Of a stretch of 64,000 bases of DNA, positions 50,502-61,900 are shown one piece after another (position 1 is the first letter of the stretch; every line of letters begins with the position of its first letter). This stretch comes from Somniosus microcephalus (taxonomy: Eukaryota), in contig CM126206.1 of NCBI GenBank assembly GCA_052327205.1, forward strand, positions 89,776,001 through 89,840,000. The letters are read 5' to 3'. A model generated the notes under the pieces. That model did no database searches and had not been told where the DNA came from. It worked only from the letters and a program-made list of their open reading frames with translations. Position numbers and translations under genes: made by a program.

Positions 50502-51002
50502 GGCCTAGAAATTCAGTTGCTTGCGCCAGCCGGTAGCGCCTTAGGAGGAGGAGATGTTGGGCGCTAGGCGGCTAGCGGCCGGGCGCAGCGCGATCTGCGC
50601 CTCTCCCCAACTTCACTCACGATTTAGCGGTGGCGCAAAGTCTTTGCGCGCGCTCAGCTGCGCGCGCAGATCCTGACGTCATTTCCTCGTGCAACGCCCT
50701 TTGTGCGCCCCAAACCGGAAATTCAGTCGCAACGCCCTATTGTGCGCCTGGCGCCCCTAGCGACTGGTAGAGGGGAATGGTTCTCAGTCGATGTGGGGGG
50801 CGCAAATTAAAGGGCACACCTCCTGCAGTAGAAAAGGCTGCCATTTCGCAGCACTCCTTTTTGAGAGACGGATCTTTGCAGAGAGACAAAGGTAGAGAGC
50901 TTTCTGCTTTGGCTCAACACTCGGACAGGTACTTGTGGCTTCAGGCCACAGCTTTCCACTTGTCTTTGCCTTCAGTGTCATATCATTGTTTGCAAACATA
51001 TA

Positions 51003-52115
51003 ATGGGGGCTGCAATGGGTGCAAACGCTGGCCTTCTTCATTGCATCCAAAGGGCTCACAGACGCCGTGAGAGAGTGGCAGTCCTGGCTAGACGGAGAGG
51101 GGGCAACAGGTGTCGGGAAAGGAGGCCTTACCCACCCAGGCTATACCGCCAGCAGTTCTCCTATCTGAACATGTCTGACGAGCAGTGTGTTCGGAGGCTG
51201 CGGTTCCGAAGGGCGGTGGTCACTGAGATCTGCAACCTGCTTGGCGGTGATCTGCAGCCACATCTGAGGAGCAGGACGTCTCTGTCGGTGGCAGTGAAGG
51301 TGACGGTGGCTCTCAACTTCTATGCCACCGGCTCCTTCCAATCCACTACTGGGGACATTTCCAACATCTCCCAGTTCGCCGTGCATTGCTGCATCCGCCA
51401 GGTGACCAATGCCCTTTTCAAAAGGAGACGTCAGTTCATCTCCTTCTCCATGGCCCTTGTCAAGCAGCAACAGCGTGCAATGGGCTTTGCAGCATTCGCG
51501 GGCTTCCCCATCGTGCAGGGCGCCATTGACTGCACGCATGTGGCTTTGCGGGCACCTCTGGAGAATGCCGAGGATTACCGCAACCGGAAGGGCTACCATT
51601 CCCTCAACGTTCAGCTGGTGTGTGACCACAGGCAGCTCATCCTAGCTGTCAATGCCCGCTTTCCAGGCAGCAGCCACGATGCCTTCATCCTGCGCCAGAC
51701 TTCTGTGGCAGACATGTTCCAGGCCCAGCCTCGCCCACGAGGATGGCTTCTCGGGGACAAAGGCTATCCTTTGTGTACCTGGCTGATGACCCCGCTCCGT
51801 GCGCCCAGCACCCCTGCTGAAGAGGGATACAACGACAGCCATCAAGCGACCAGGAACATCATTGAGCAAACAATCGGCGTCCTGAAGCAATGGTTCCGCT
51901 GTCTGGATCGTTCCCGTGGAGCCCTACAATATTCGCCGGAGCGAGTCTCCCATTTCGTGGTCATGTGCTGCATGCTGCACAACCTGGCTATCCGCAGGAC
52001 TCAGCCACTGCCACCAGAGATTGGAGGACCACCTGAGGAGGAGGAGGACCAGCACAGGAGGGAGGCAGAAAGTGCAAGGGCCGCCCGTCGGCGGCTTATT
52101 GAACGTTGGTTCTAG
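51003..52115 (+). CDS. Harbinger (HARBI1-like) DDE transposase, 370 aa, open frame
   Basis: GAIDCTHV, NRKGYHSLNVQLVCD, PGSSHD, LLGDKGY and IIEQTIGVLK..FRCL motifs; N-terminal HTH region. Confidence 0.93.
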   Translation: MGAAMGANAGLLHCIQRAHRRRERVAVLARRRGGNRCRERRPYPPRLYRQQFSYLNMSDEQCVRRLRFRRAVVTEICNLLGGDLQPHLRSRTSLSVAVKVTVALNFYATGSFQSTTGDISNISQFAVHCCIRQVTNALFKRRRQFISFSMALVKQQQRAMGFAAFAGFPIVQGAIDCTHVALRAPLENAEDYRNRKGYHSLNVQLVCDHRQLILAVNARFPGSSHDAFILRQTSVADMFQAQPRPRGWLLGDKGYPLCTWLMTPLRAPSTPAEEGYNDSHQATRNIIEQTIGVLKQWFRCLDRSRGALQYSPERVSHFVVMCCMLHNLAIRRTQPLPPEIGGPPEEEEDQHRREAESARAARRRLIERWF

Positions 52116-52316
52116 GCCCCCTCTCAGGGAATGGCTTGTGCCAATGTCACCAGATGAATGTAGCCGCTCCACAAGCCCTCAGCCGAGCAGGGCAACCAGG
52201 ACTTCCAAAAGAAAGCATGCACAGTGCGATTTAAGAACATTTATTTATTGGAAACATCTGCCCTTCCCACATTACAACCTCATGGAGAGAAGCCCCCTCC
52301 AAAAACACAAAACGAA

Positions 52317-52465
52317 CAGTCTCGGCCTTACAAAACAAAGAAAGACACCAGTCTCGGCCTTACAAAACAAAGAAAGACACCAGTCTCGGCCTTACAAAAC
52401 AAAGAAAGACACCAGTCTCGGCCTTACAAAACCACAACTACACCAGTCTCGGCCTTTCAACAAAC
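52317..52465. repeat. 32-bp tandem repeat, about 4.5 copies
   Basis: Unit CAGTCTCGGCCTTACAAAACAAAGAAAGACAC, between the convergent ORF ends. Confidence 0.92.
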
Positions 52466-52487
52466 ACAAAGCATTTGGCCAGACCTT

Positions 52488-54582
52488 CTACTTTTTGCCC
52501 TGCGAGGGCGATGCCTTTCGCATCCGTGACTGGCCCCTGCCCGCCCTGCAGCTCCTCCTCAATGGGACCCCAGTGGCTGCAGCAAGGCTGGGGGAAGGCT
52601 GCTGAGGGTCAGGTGGCGAGACGCCAGATGCCCTTCGGGGTCGGCCTGCACCAGCTCTGGCCCTGGAGGGTCCGGCTGCTGACTGCTCCAACTCTGCTTG
52701 GGCGGCAGCAGTCTGTCCAGCGGCTCGTGGCAGCTGCAATGGCGGAGTGGCAGTGTCGGCTGCAGGAATGGTGCCAACCTGACAGATCGCAGATGCTCCC
52801 TGGTCGCCTGAGACATTGGCACTCGCACGGGCCAGCACTGCAGCATGCGCAGCAAACAGCTGAAGAACAGACTGCTGGGCTGCTGCTGCGCGGCGAGTGC
52901 CCTGGCGATGCCTGGCCGATCCAGCGAGGGTGGCAGCAGTTAGTGCCCGTGTGGCCCTGGTCTGTGTCCGCATGACACCAGCCAGTGAATGAACGGCATG
53001 ACTGAGCACTTGGCTCGAAGCCGCCTGTGCTGCCGCGAAGTCCTGCAGACTCCTGGCCTGTGCTGCACTGAATTGTTCCAGACTCCTGGCCTGTGCTGCA
53101 CTGAATTGTTGCAGACTCCTGGCCTGTGCTGCTCCGAATTCCTGCACACTCCTTGACAGAGACTCAATGGAGTCAGGCATCAGTGTGCCTGCGCTCAGCC
53201 TGGACGGCCATTTCCTCCAGGAGCCGCACCTCCTCTGCGCTCACCGTCGCAGGACTGGAGGCCGCACTCACCCTCTGGGGAGAAGTCCGCCGAGCTTCCC
53301 CACCCCTCCCGCGTTGCTGCAGGCCGCTGGGCCCCAGAGCTTCACTCTCCTCCGACCCTTCCCCCCGGCTCCCCTCCAGGGAAGACGTGTCCCCTTCATC
53401 GCCATGGGCTGGCGCGGCTGAGGGTGGCACTGATGGGCCGGCTTCCTCTTCCTCCTCCTCGAATTCGGAATCGCTGACAGTGGCAGCTTGAGGGCCCGCC
53501 TCCTCACCTGGCGATTCACCATCTGAAAGCAGGGAGGCACAAGAGTTGCTTTAGAGTGAGGACAGGGCGGCAGTGAGGGAGGCATGAGTGCTGCCATGCA
53601 CTGCATTGGTCGGACAGTGGCAAAGGATGCTGATCTGAGGCGCAAGTGGAAAGAGAGAGGTCAAAAAGGTGATGCCCTTACCATTGGTGCCCAGAACAGG
53701 GTCGGCATCTCCACTGGCGACGGGGCCAATCAGCCGTCCTGCCATAATGCGCTCCACACGCTGGTCGTGGTCGGAGAGCTCTTTGATGTCAGGACGGCCT
53801 CCCCTGGTCTCACGTTGCATCCTCCGGTTGTGCGCCACCTTGGCCTGCAAGAGAAAGGACGGTCTCTAAGTACAGTGTGAAGCCCTGATCTTGTCTGCAC
53901 TGCCTCCCATGGTGGACTGGCCCTGACAGTGTGAAACCCTGATCTTGTCTGCACTGCCTCCCATGCTGGACTGGCCCTGACAGTGTGAAGCCCTGATCTT
54001 GTCTGCACTGCCTCCCATGGTGGACTGGCCCTGACAGTGTGAAGCCCTGATCTTGTCTGCACTGCCTCCCATGGTGGACTGGCCCTGACAGTGTGAAGCC
54101 CTGATCTTGTCTGCACTGCCTCCCATGGTGGACTGGCCCTGACAGTGTGAAGCCCTGATCTTGGCTGTACTGCCTCCCATGGTCGAATAGCTTGTACAGT
54201 GTGTAAAGTGCTGAATGTGCAAGTGGGTTTCATGACAGTCCCATAGCTGCTGGATGAGGGCTGGCCCTTAGGGCTTTCAGGTCCCTTTGCCCATAAACTG
54301 AGGTGCACATGCAGGGATGAGGAGGACACTGGAAAGGGTACTCACCCTGACAACCCGAGTGAGGTCGTTGAACTTTTTCCGGCATTGCACAGGAGTCCTG
54401 GCAACCACGCTGTTGGAAGTCACCCTGTTTGAGACCTCCCTCCAGGCTTTCCGGTAGGCGCTGGGCAGCGGCCTTCTGCCACCTTCTGGGAACAGAACAT
54501 GGCGCCTGCGCTCCACTCCGCCAACCAGCACCCTCAGGTCACCCTCGCTGAAGCGCTGCGCTCTCTACCTGGCCTTCTCCAT
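52488..54582 (-). pseudogene. Harbinger Myb/SANT-like (trihelix) partner gene, 3 exons: 54582-54346, 53844-53682, 53522-52488
   Basis: RAQRFSEGDL..L...V...KAWREVS....RTPVQCRKKFNDL; consensus GT-AG introns in matching phase; TAG at codon 6 (54567-54565) and a frameshift near 53180. Confidence 0.82.
53872..54205. repeat. 54-bp minisatellite, about 6 copies, in intron 1 of the Myb-like gene
   Basis: Units start at 53872, 53926, 53980, 54034, 54088 and 54142. Confidence 0.95.
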
Positions 54583-54943
54583 AGCCCTGGGCGTTGCGCA
54601 GATGAAGCAGAAGTGGTCAGGCCTAGCTTGAGGGCTGCAGTGTGCAGGGCGTGGCAGGCAAACAAATCCACCCTCCCCCTTTAAGAGCTGACCGGCGCCA
54701 GAGTGTCTGCCGTCAATCAACAACTCTCTGCACCTGCGCTGCGCCCGGCCTCGGGGGTATCGCTCAGGACCGCCGGCTTAGCGCCTAAAGATAGTCGTGC
54801 ATCGCCTGTTTTAGCGCAGCAGCAACCTCTTGGGGCGATGCGACTGAATATCGGCGAAGGTGGCGCGAACTTGCGCCGGGCGCAAACTTTAGCGGCCGCC
54901 CGACTTTAGCGCCCCGAACGTGGCTATACTGAATTTCTAGGCC

Positions 54944-57820
54944 TTTGTGTCTTAATGCAAGGAGCATTCGTAATAAGGTGGATGAATTAGCTGCGCAAAT
55001 AGAGGTAAACGAATATGATTGGGATTACGGAAACATGGCTCCAGGGTGGCCAAGGCTGGATACTCAATATCCCGGGATAGTCAATATTCAGGAAAGATAG
55101 GCAAAAAGGAAAAGGAGGTGGGGTAGCATTGCTGGTTAAAGAGGGGATTAACACAATTGAAAGGAAGGATATTAGCTCTGATGATGTGGAATCTGTATGG
55201 GTAGAACTGAGAAATACCAAGGGGCAGAAAACGTTAGTGGGAGTGGTATATAGACCTCCAAACAGTAATGCGGAGGTCGGGGATGGCATCAAACGGGAAA
55301 TTAGAGAAGCGTGCAATAAGGGCACAGCAGTTATCATGGGTGACTTTAATCTATATATAGATTGGGCTAACCAAATTAGTAACAATACTGTGGAGGAGGA
55401 ATTCCTGGAGTGTATACGGGATGGTTTCCTAGACCAATATGTTGAGGAACCAACTAGAGATCAGGCCATCTTAGACTGGGTATTATGTAATGAGAAAGGA
55501 TTAATTAGCAATCTTGTTGTGCGAGGCCCCTTGGGTCAGAGCGATCATAATATGATAGAATTCTTCATTAAGATGGGGAGTGAAATAGTTGACTCGGAGA
55601 CTTGGTTCCTGAATTTAAATAAAGGAGACTACGATGGTATGAGGCGCGAGTTAGGTAGGATTGTTTGGGGAATGACACTCAAAGGGTTGATGGTGGATGG
55701 GCAATGGCAAACATTCAAAGATCGCATGGATGAACTACAAAATTTGTTCATCCCAATTTAGCATAGAAATAAAACAAAAAAGGTGACTCAACCGTGGCTA
55801 ACAAGGGAAATTAGGGATAGCATAAGATCCAAGGAGAGGACATATAAATTGGCCAGAAAAAGCAGTAAACCTGAGGATTGGAAGCAGTTTAGGATTCAAC
55901 AAAGGAGGAAAAAGGAATTAATCAAAAGGGGGAAAATAGAGTGTGAGAGTAAGCTTGCAGGGAACATAAAAACTGACTGTAAAAGCTTTTATAGATATGT
56001 GAAGAGAAAAAGATTGGTGAAGTCAAGCGTAGGTCCCTTGCAGTCAGAATCAGGGGAATTTATAATGGGGAACAAAGAAATGGCAGACCAATTAAATACA
56101 TACTTTGGTTCTGTCTTCACAAAGGAGAACACAAATAACCTCCCAAAGATGTCAGGGAACATAGGGTCTAATGACAGGGAGGAACTGATAGAAATCAGTA
56201 TTTGTAGGGAAATGGTGTTAGGGAAATTGATGGGATTGAGGGCTGATAAATCTCCAGGGCCTGATAATCTACATCCTAGGGTACTTAAGGAAGTGGCCCT
56301 AGAAATAGTAGATGCATTGCGGGTCATCTTCCAAAATTCGATAGACTCTGGAACAGTACCCATAGATTGGCGGGTAGCTAATGTTACCCCACTGTTCAAA
56401 AAGGGTGGTAGAGAGAAAACGGGGAATTACAGACCGGTAAGCCTGACATCGGTAGTGGGGAAAATGCTAGAGTCCAGTATAAAGGATGTAATAGCAGAAC
56501 ACTTGGAAAAAAGTGACCGGATCGGACAAAGTCAACATGGATTTACAAAAGGTAAATCGTGCTTGACTAATCTACTGGAATTTTTTGAGGATGTAACTGG
56601 TAAAATAGATAAGGGAGAACCAGTGGATGTGGTGTATTTGGATTTTCAAAAGGCTTTCGATAAGGTCCTGCATAAGAGATTAGCGTGTAAAATTAAGGCA
56701 CATGGGATTGGGGGCAAGGTATTGACTTGGATAGAGAACTGGTTGGCAGACAGAAAGCAAATAAACGGCTCTTTTTCCAAGTGGCAGGCAGTGACTAGTG
56801 GGGTACCACAGGGATCGGTCCTTGGACCCCAGCTATTCACAATATATATTAATGATCTGGATGAGTGAACTAGATGTAATATCTCCAAGTTTGCAGATGA
56901 CTCAAAGCTGGGTGGGCGTGTGTGCTGTGAGGAGGATACCGAGAAACTCCAGTATGATTTGGACAGGTTGGGTGATTGGGCAGAAGCATGGCAGATGCAA
57001 TATAACGTGGATAAATGCGAGGTTATCCACTTTGGTGTCAAAACAGGAAGGCAGATTATTATCTGAATGGCAATAGATTGGGAGAAGGGAAAGTGCAACG
57101 AGACCTGGGCGTCCTTGTGCACCAGTTGCTGAAAGTAAGCATGCAGGTGCAGCAGGCGGTTAAGAAGGCAAATGGTATGTTGGCCTTTGTAGCAAGAGGG
57201 TTTGAGTACAGGAACAAGGATGTCTTGCTGCAGTTGTACAGGGCCTTGGTGAGACCACATCTGGAGTATTGTGTGCAGTTTTGGTCGCCTTATCTGAGGA
57301 AGGATGTCCTTGCCATGGAAGGAGTGCAGCGAAGATTCACCAGGCTGATACCTGGGATGGCAGGAATGACGTGTGAGGAGAGATTGGGTCGATTGGGCTT
57401 GTACTTGCTGGAATTTAGAAGAATGAGAGGGGATCTCATCGAAACTTATAAAACTCTAACAGGACTAGACAGACTAGATGCTGGAAGGATGTTCCCGATG
57501 GTCGGGGAGTCCAGAACCAGGGGTCACAGTCTAAGGATAAGGGGTAAGCCATTTAGGACAGAGATGGGGAGGAATTTCTTCACCCAGAGAGTGGTGAACC
57601 TGTGGAATTCTCTACCAAAGAAGGCAGTAGTGGCCAATTCATTAAATATATTCAAGAAGGAGTTGGATATATTTCTTAAGGCTAGGGGGATCAAGGGATA
57701 TGGAGAGAAGACAGGAACAGGGTACTGAATTTGGACGATCAGCTATGATCTCATTGAATGGTGGAGCAGGCTCGAGGGGCCGAATGGCCTACTCCTCCTA
57801 TCTTCTATGATTCTATGTTT
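54944..57820 (+). mobile_element. CR1 LINE with near-complete but disrupted ORF2 (APE + RT) and 3' tail
   Basis: GVVYRPP, MGDFN, SDH (APE); [36 protein letters not shown] (RT); TTCTATGA/T terminal repeats; several stops and frameshifts. Confidence 0.95.
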
Positions 57821-57907
57821 CTATATGTTAATAATCTGCTTCTAGCTACCCTTTCATAAATTTAAACATTTCTATCTTATCACCTGGCAATCTGTAATGT
57901 TCTAATA

Positions 57908-58620
57908 GATAGAAACATAGAATCATAGAATGATATAGCACAGGAGGAGGCCATTCTGCCCATCGTGCCTGTCGAGGCTCCTTGGTAGAGCTATCCAAAT
58001 AGTCCTACTCACCTGTTCTTTCCCCATAGCTATGTAAATTTTTTCCCTTCAAGTATTTATCCAATTCTCTTTTGAATGTTACTATTGAATCTGCTTCCAC
58101 CACCCTTTCAGGCCGTGTAGTCCAGATCACAACGCCTCGCTGTGTAAAAAAAAAAGTTTCCTCATGTCGCCTCTGGTTCTTTTGCCAATCACCGTAAATC
58201 TGTGTCATTTGGTTACCGACCCTTTTGCCACAGGAAGCTGTTTCTCCTTATTAACCCTATCAAAACTGTTCATGATTTTAAACGCCTCTATCAAATCTCC
58301 TCTTAACCTTCACTGTTCTAAGGAGAACAACTCCAGCTTCTTTAGTCTCTCCATATAACTGAAGTCCCTCATTCCTGGTATCATTCTAGTAAATCTCTTC
58401 GGCACCCTCTCTAAGGACCTGACATCCTTCCTAATGTGTGGTACCCAGAATTGAACACAATGCTCGAGCTGAGCCAGTCTTTTATAAAGGTTTAGTATAA
58501 CTTCCTTGCTTTTGTACTTATTCATCTATTAATAAAGCCAAGGATACCATATTTTTAACAGCTTTCCTGTCACCTTCAAAGATTTGTGTACATACACCCC
58601 CAGGTCCCTCTGTTCCTGCA
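57908..58620 (-). mobile_element. CR1 LINE 3' part (split by Gypsy B; continues at 63048-63340)
   Basis: QLEHCVQFW.PH.RKDV..LERV..RFTR on the minus strand; CATAGAA tail repeats. Confidence 0.9.
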
Positions 58621-58767
58621 TGATGTGCCTCAATAAATCCGAGACTTGATGTTAGCGAAACAAAACAAGGCTTTTATTGACTTAGAAGGTAACACACAGG
58701 AGAGAGGTATCTTCCATCCAGAGCTCTGCCGTACTGAATGTGCTGCAGGCTGGGCCAGCTTACATAG

Positions 58768-58851
58768 GGGCCAGGTATGGGCGGAGCCCTACACATAGTA
58801 CAATACAATGGGCCAGGTATGGGCGGAGCCCTACACATAGTACAATACAAT
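58768..58851. repeat. 42-bp tandem duplication with a GC box in the U3 of LTR B (present in both LTRs)
   Basis: GGGCCAGGTATGGGCGGAGCCCTACACATAGTACAATACAAT x2. Confidence 0.9.
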
Positions 58852-58946
58852 GGTGAGGAAACGGAACAGAGGTAAGGGAAATGAAACTGAAACCAACCAC
58901 AGTCACAGGCAGTGATGAATGGAATATTTCATCACATTCACCCCTT

Positions 58947-61900
58947 CTATAGATTTAGTCTGTTCGGGGGTTTGATAATCCTCTGCGACCGACGTGGCTG
59001 TTGTGGTGCCGCGGGTGTCGGCTGGGTGTCCCCGGTGGCCTCCTGGGTCTCTGCCGGGGGTGCTGCCAGGGTTGTTGAAGGGGTAGTTGGTGGGGGTGCC
59101 GTTGGTCGATGTTCTTCCGGGGGTGATGAAAGAGTAGTGGGTGGGTAAGAGTTGCTGTGATCGTTGTTGCTGCTATTGTCGTGGTTGTTGTCGTTACCGG
59201 CTGGGGCGACGTCTTTTATGGACACGGTGTCCTCCCTTCCGTCGGCGTGCCGGACATACGCGTATTGGGGGTTGGCGTGGAGTAGGTGCACTGGCTCCAC
59301 GAGAGGGTCCGTCTTGCGGCCCCTCACATGCCTTCGCACGAATACTGGACCTGGGGTGGAGAGCCATGACGGCATGGATATGCCTGAGGTGGATTTCCGG
59401 GGAAAGACAAACATTCGTTCATGAGGCGTGGCATTAGTGGCAGTACACAATAGCGACCGTATCGAATGGAGCACATCTGGGAGGACTTCCTGCCAGCGGG
59501 AGATAGGGAGGCCCTTGGTCCTTAGAGCTAGAGTGACTGCTTTCCATACTGTCCCGTTCTCTCGCTCCACTTGACCGTTACCCCGGGGGTTGTAGCTGGT
59601 GGTACGGCTCGTGGCGATCCCCCTGGACAGTATGTACTGGCGTAGCTCTTCACTCATGAAGGACGCCCCCCTATCCGTATGGATGTAGCTCGGCATACCG
59701 AACAGGCAGAACAGGCTGTTGAGGCATTTAATGACCGTGGCACTGGTCATGTCTGGGCAGGGGAAGGCGAATGGGAACCGGGAGTATTCGTCCACAATGT
59801 TCAGGAAGTAAACATTGCGGTCGACGGACGGGAGGGGGCCCTTGACATCTAAGCTGAGCCGCTCAAAGGGCCGTGTAGCTTTGATTAAGTGGGCTCTATC
59901 TGGGCGGTAGAACCGAGGCTTGCACTCAGCGCAAGTGCGGCAGTTCCTGGTCAGAGACCGAACTTCCTCAATCGAGTAGGGTAAGTTGCGGGACTTTATG
60001 AAGTGGAACAGCCGCGTGACCCCTGGGTGGCAGAGGTCGTTGTGGAGGGTCTGTAGCCGATCCCCGGTGGCGCTGGCACATATCCCTCGTGAGAGGGCGT
60101 CAGGGGATTCGTTAAGGGCCCCTGGCCGGTAAATGATGTCATACTCGAAGGTGGAGAGCTCGATCCGCCACCTAAGAATCTTATCATTTTTGATCTTCCC
60201 CCTCTGTTTATTATTGAACATAAACGCTACCGACCGCTGGTCGGTAAGTAGGGTGAAGCATTTGCCGGCTAGGTAGTGGAGCCAGTGGCACACTGCCTCC
60301 ACGATGGCTTGGGCCTCCTTTTCCACGGAGGAGTGTCTGATCTCGGGCCCTTGGAGGGTCCTCGAGAAGAAAGCTACGGGCCGCCCCGCCTGGTTGAGGG
60401 TGGCCGCCAAGGCAAAGTCAGACACATCACTTTCCACTTGAAATGGAGTGTTCTCGTCCACTGCCTGTAGCGTGGCCCGCTCAATATCCTGCTTAATGCT
60501 TTTGAAGGCGGCGTGGGCCTCAGCAGAGAGCGGAAAAGAGGATGCTTTCAAGAGGGGGCGGGCTTTGTCGGAGTAGTTGGGGACCCATTGGGAATAATAA
60601 GAAAATAACCCCAGGCACCTTTTCAGGGCTTTGGGAGTGTTGGGCAGGGGCAGCTCCCGTAGGGGGCGCAATCGGTCGGGGTCTGGTCCGATTTCCCCAT
60701 TCTCCACCACGCTGCCTAGTATGCAGAGGCGCGTGGTGTTGAAAACGCACTTGTCCTCGTTGTAGGTGAGGTTGAGTTTTTGTGCGGTTTTCAGGAACCT
60801 CTCGAGGTTCGAGTCGTGATCCTGCTGGTTGTGACCGCAGATGGTGACGTTGTCGAGGTAGGGGAAGGTTGCCTGCAAGTGGTGGTCATCGACCATGCGG
60901 TCCATCTCCCTCTGGAAGACCAAGACCCCATTCGTCACCCCAAAGGGGACTCTGAGGAATTGGTAGAGGCGTCCGTTCGCCTCGAAGGCGGTGTACGGGC
61001 GGTCCTCTGGTCTGATAGGGAGCTGGTGGTACGCTGACTTGAGGTCGATGGTGGAGAACACCCGGTATTGGGCGATTTGGTTCACCATTTCTGATATGCG
61101 GGGTAGCGGGTAGGCGTCTAGTTGGGTGTACCTGTTGATCGTTTGGCTATAGTCGATCACCATCCGTTTCTTCTCGCTACCCCTTACCACTGCCACTTGG
61201 GCGCGCCATGGGCTGTTGCTGCGTTCAATAATGCGCTCTTTCAGGAGCCTGTCTACCTCGGTCGCGATAAACCGCCTGTCCTCCCAGCTGTACCTCCTGC
61301 TTTTGGTCGCTATTGGCCGGCAGTTAGGGGTAAGGTTCGCGAATAGCGAAGGCGACTTTACCTTCAGGGTAGCCAGACCGCACACTGTGAGGGGCGGCTG
61401 GGACCCACCGTACTTGAGCGTGATGCTTTGGTGGTTGCACTGGAAATCTAGGCCCAAGATCACGCTCGCACATAGATTCTTCATGATTAATACTTTAAAA
61501 TTATCGTATACAGTTCCGTTAACGGACAATTGTACCGTGCAGTAACCCATGATGGTCGATGTCTGGGTTTTATCAGCCATAGAGATGGTACCCCGAGTAG
61601 GGACCACCTTTAGGGAGAGTTGTTGTGCCAGTTCAGGGTGGATAAAACTCTCCGTGCTTCCACTGTCAATTAAACATTTAACCCTGCACCCGTTTACCTC
61701 GATGTCCACCATTGATTTGGATAGCGGGTGCGGCCTGGTCTGGTCCACTGTGACCGATGCCACTGTAAGGCCCTGATCGAGACAAGATGGCGTCCACGCT
61801 GTCTGCTCATAAGATGGCGGACCCCACGAGGTCGGGCAAGATGGCGTCCAAGATGGCCGCTCCCACGGCGCACATGCGGCGGTGGCGGGTTTTCCGGCGG

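Larger units (their letters stand above)
50502..54943 (+). mobile_element. Full-length PIF/Harbinger DNA transposon
   Basis: 15-bp perfect TIR GGCCTAGAAATTCAG / CTGAATTTCTAGGCC, 3-bp TSD TTT, convergent transposase and Myb-like genes. Confidence 0.95.

Noticed and set aside
51003-52115. Domesticated host HARBI1 gene
   Set aside because: It lies between intact TIRs with a TSD inside a CR1 copy, so it is a transposon ORF.
52317-52465. 32-bp repeats resembling a CRISPR array
   Set aside because: Units are head-to-tail with no unique spacers, there are no cas genes, and the context is a eukaryotic transposon.
53730-54329. Repetitive 199-aa and 118-aa ORFs
   Set aside because: Read-through of the 54-bp intronic minisatellite, whose unit is a multiple of 3.
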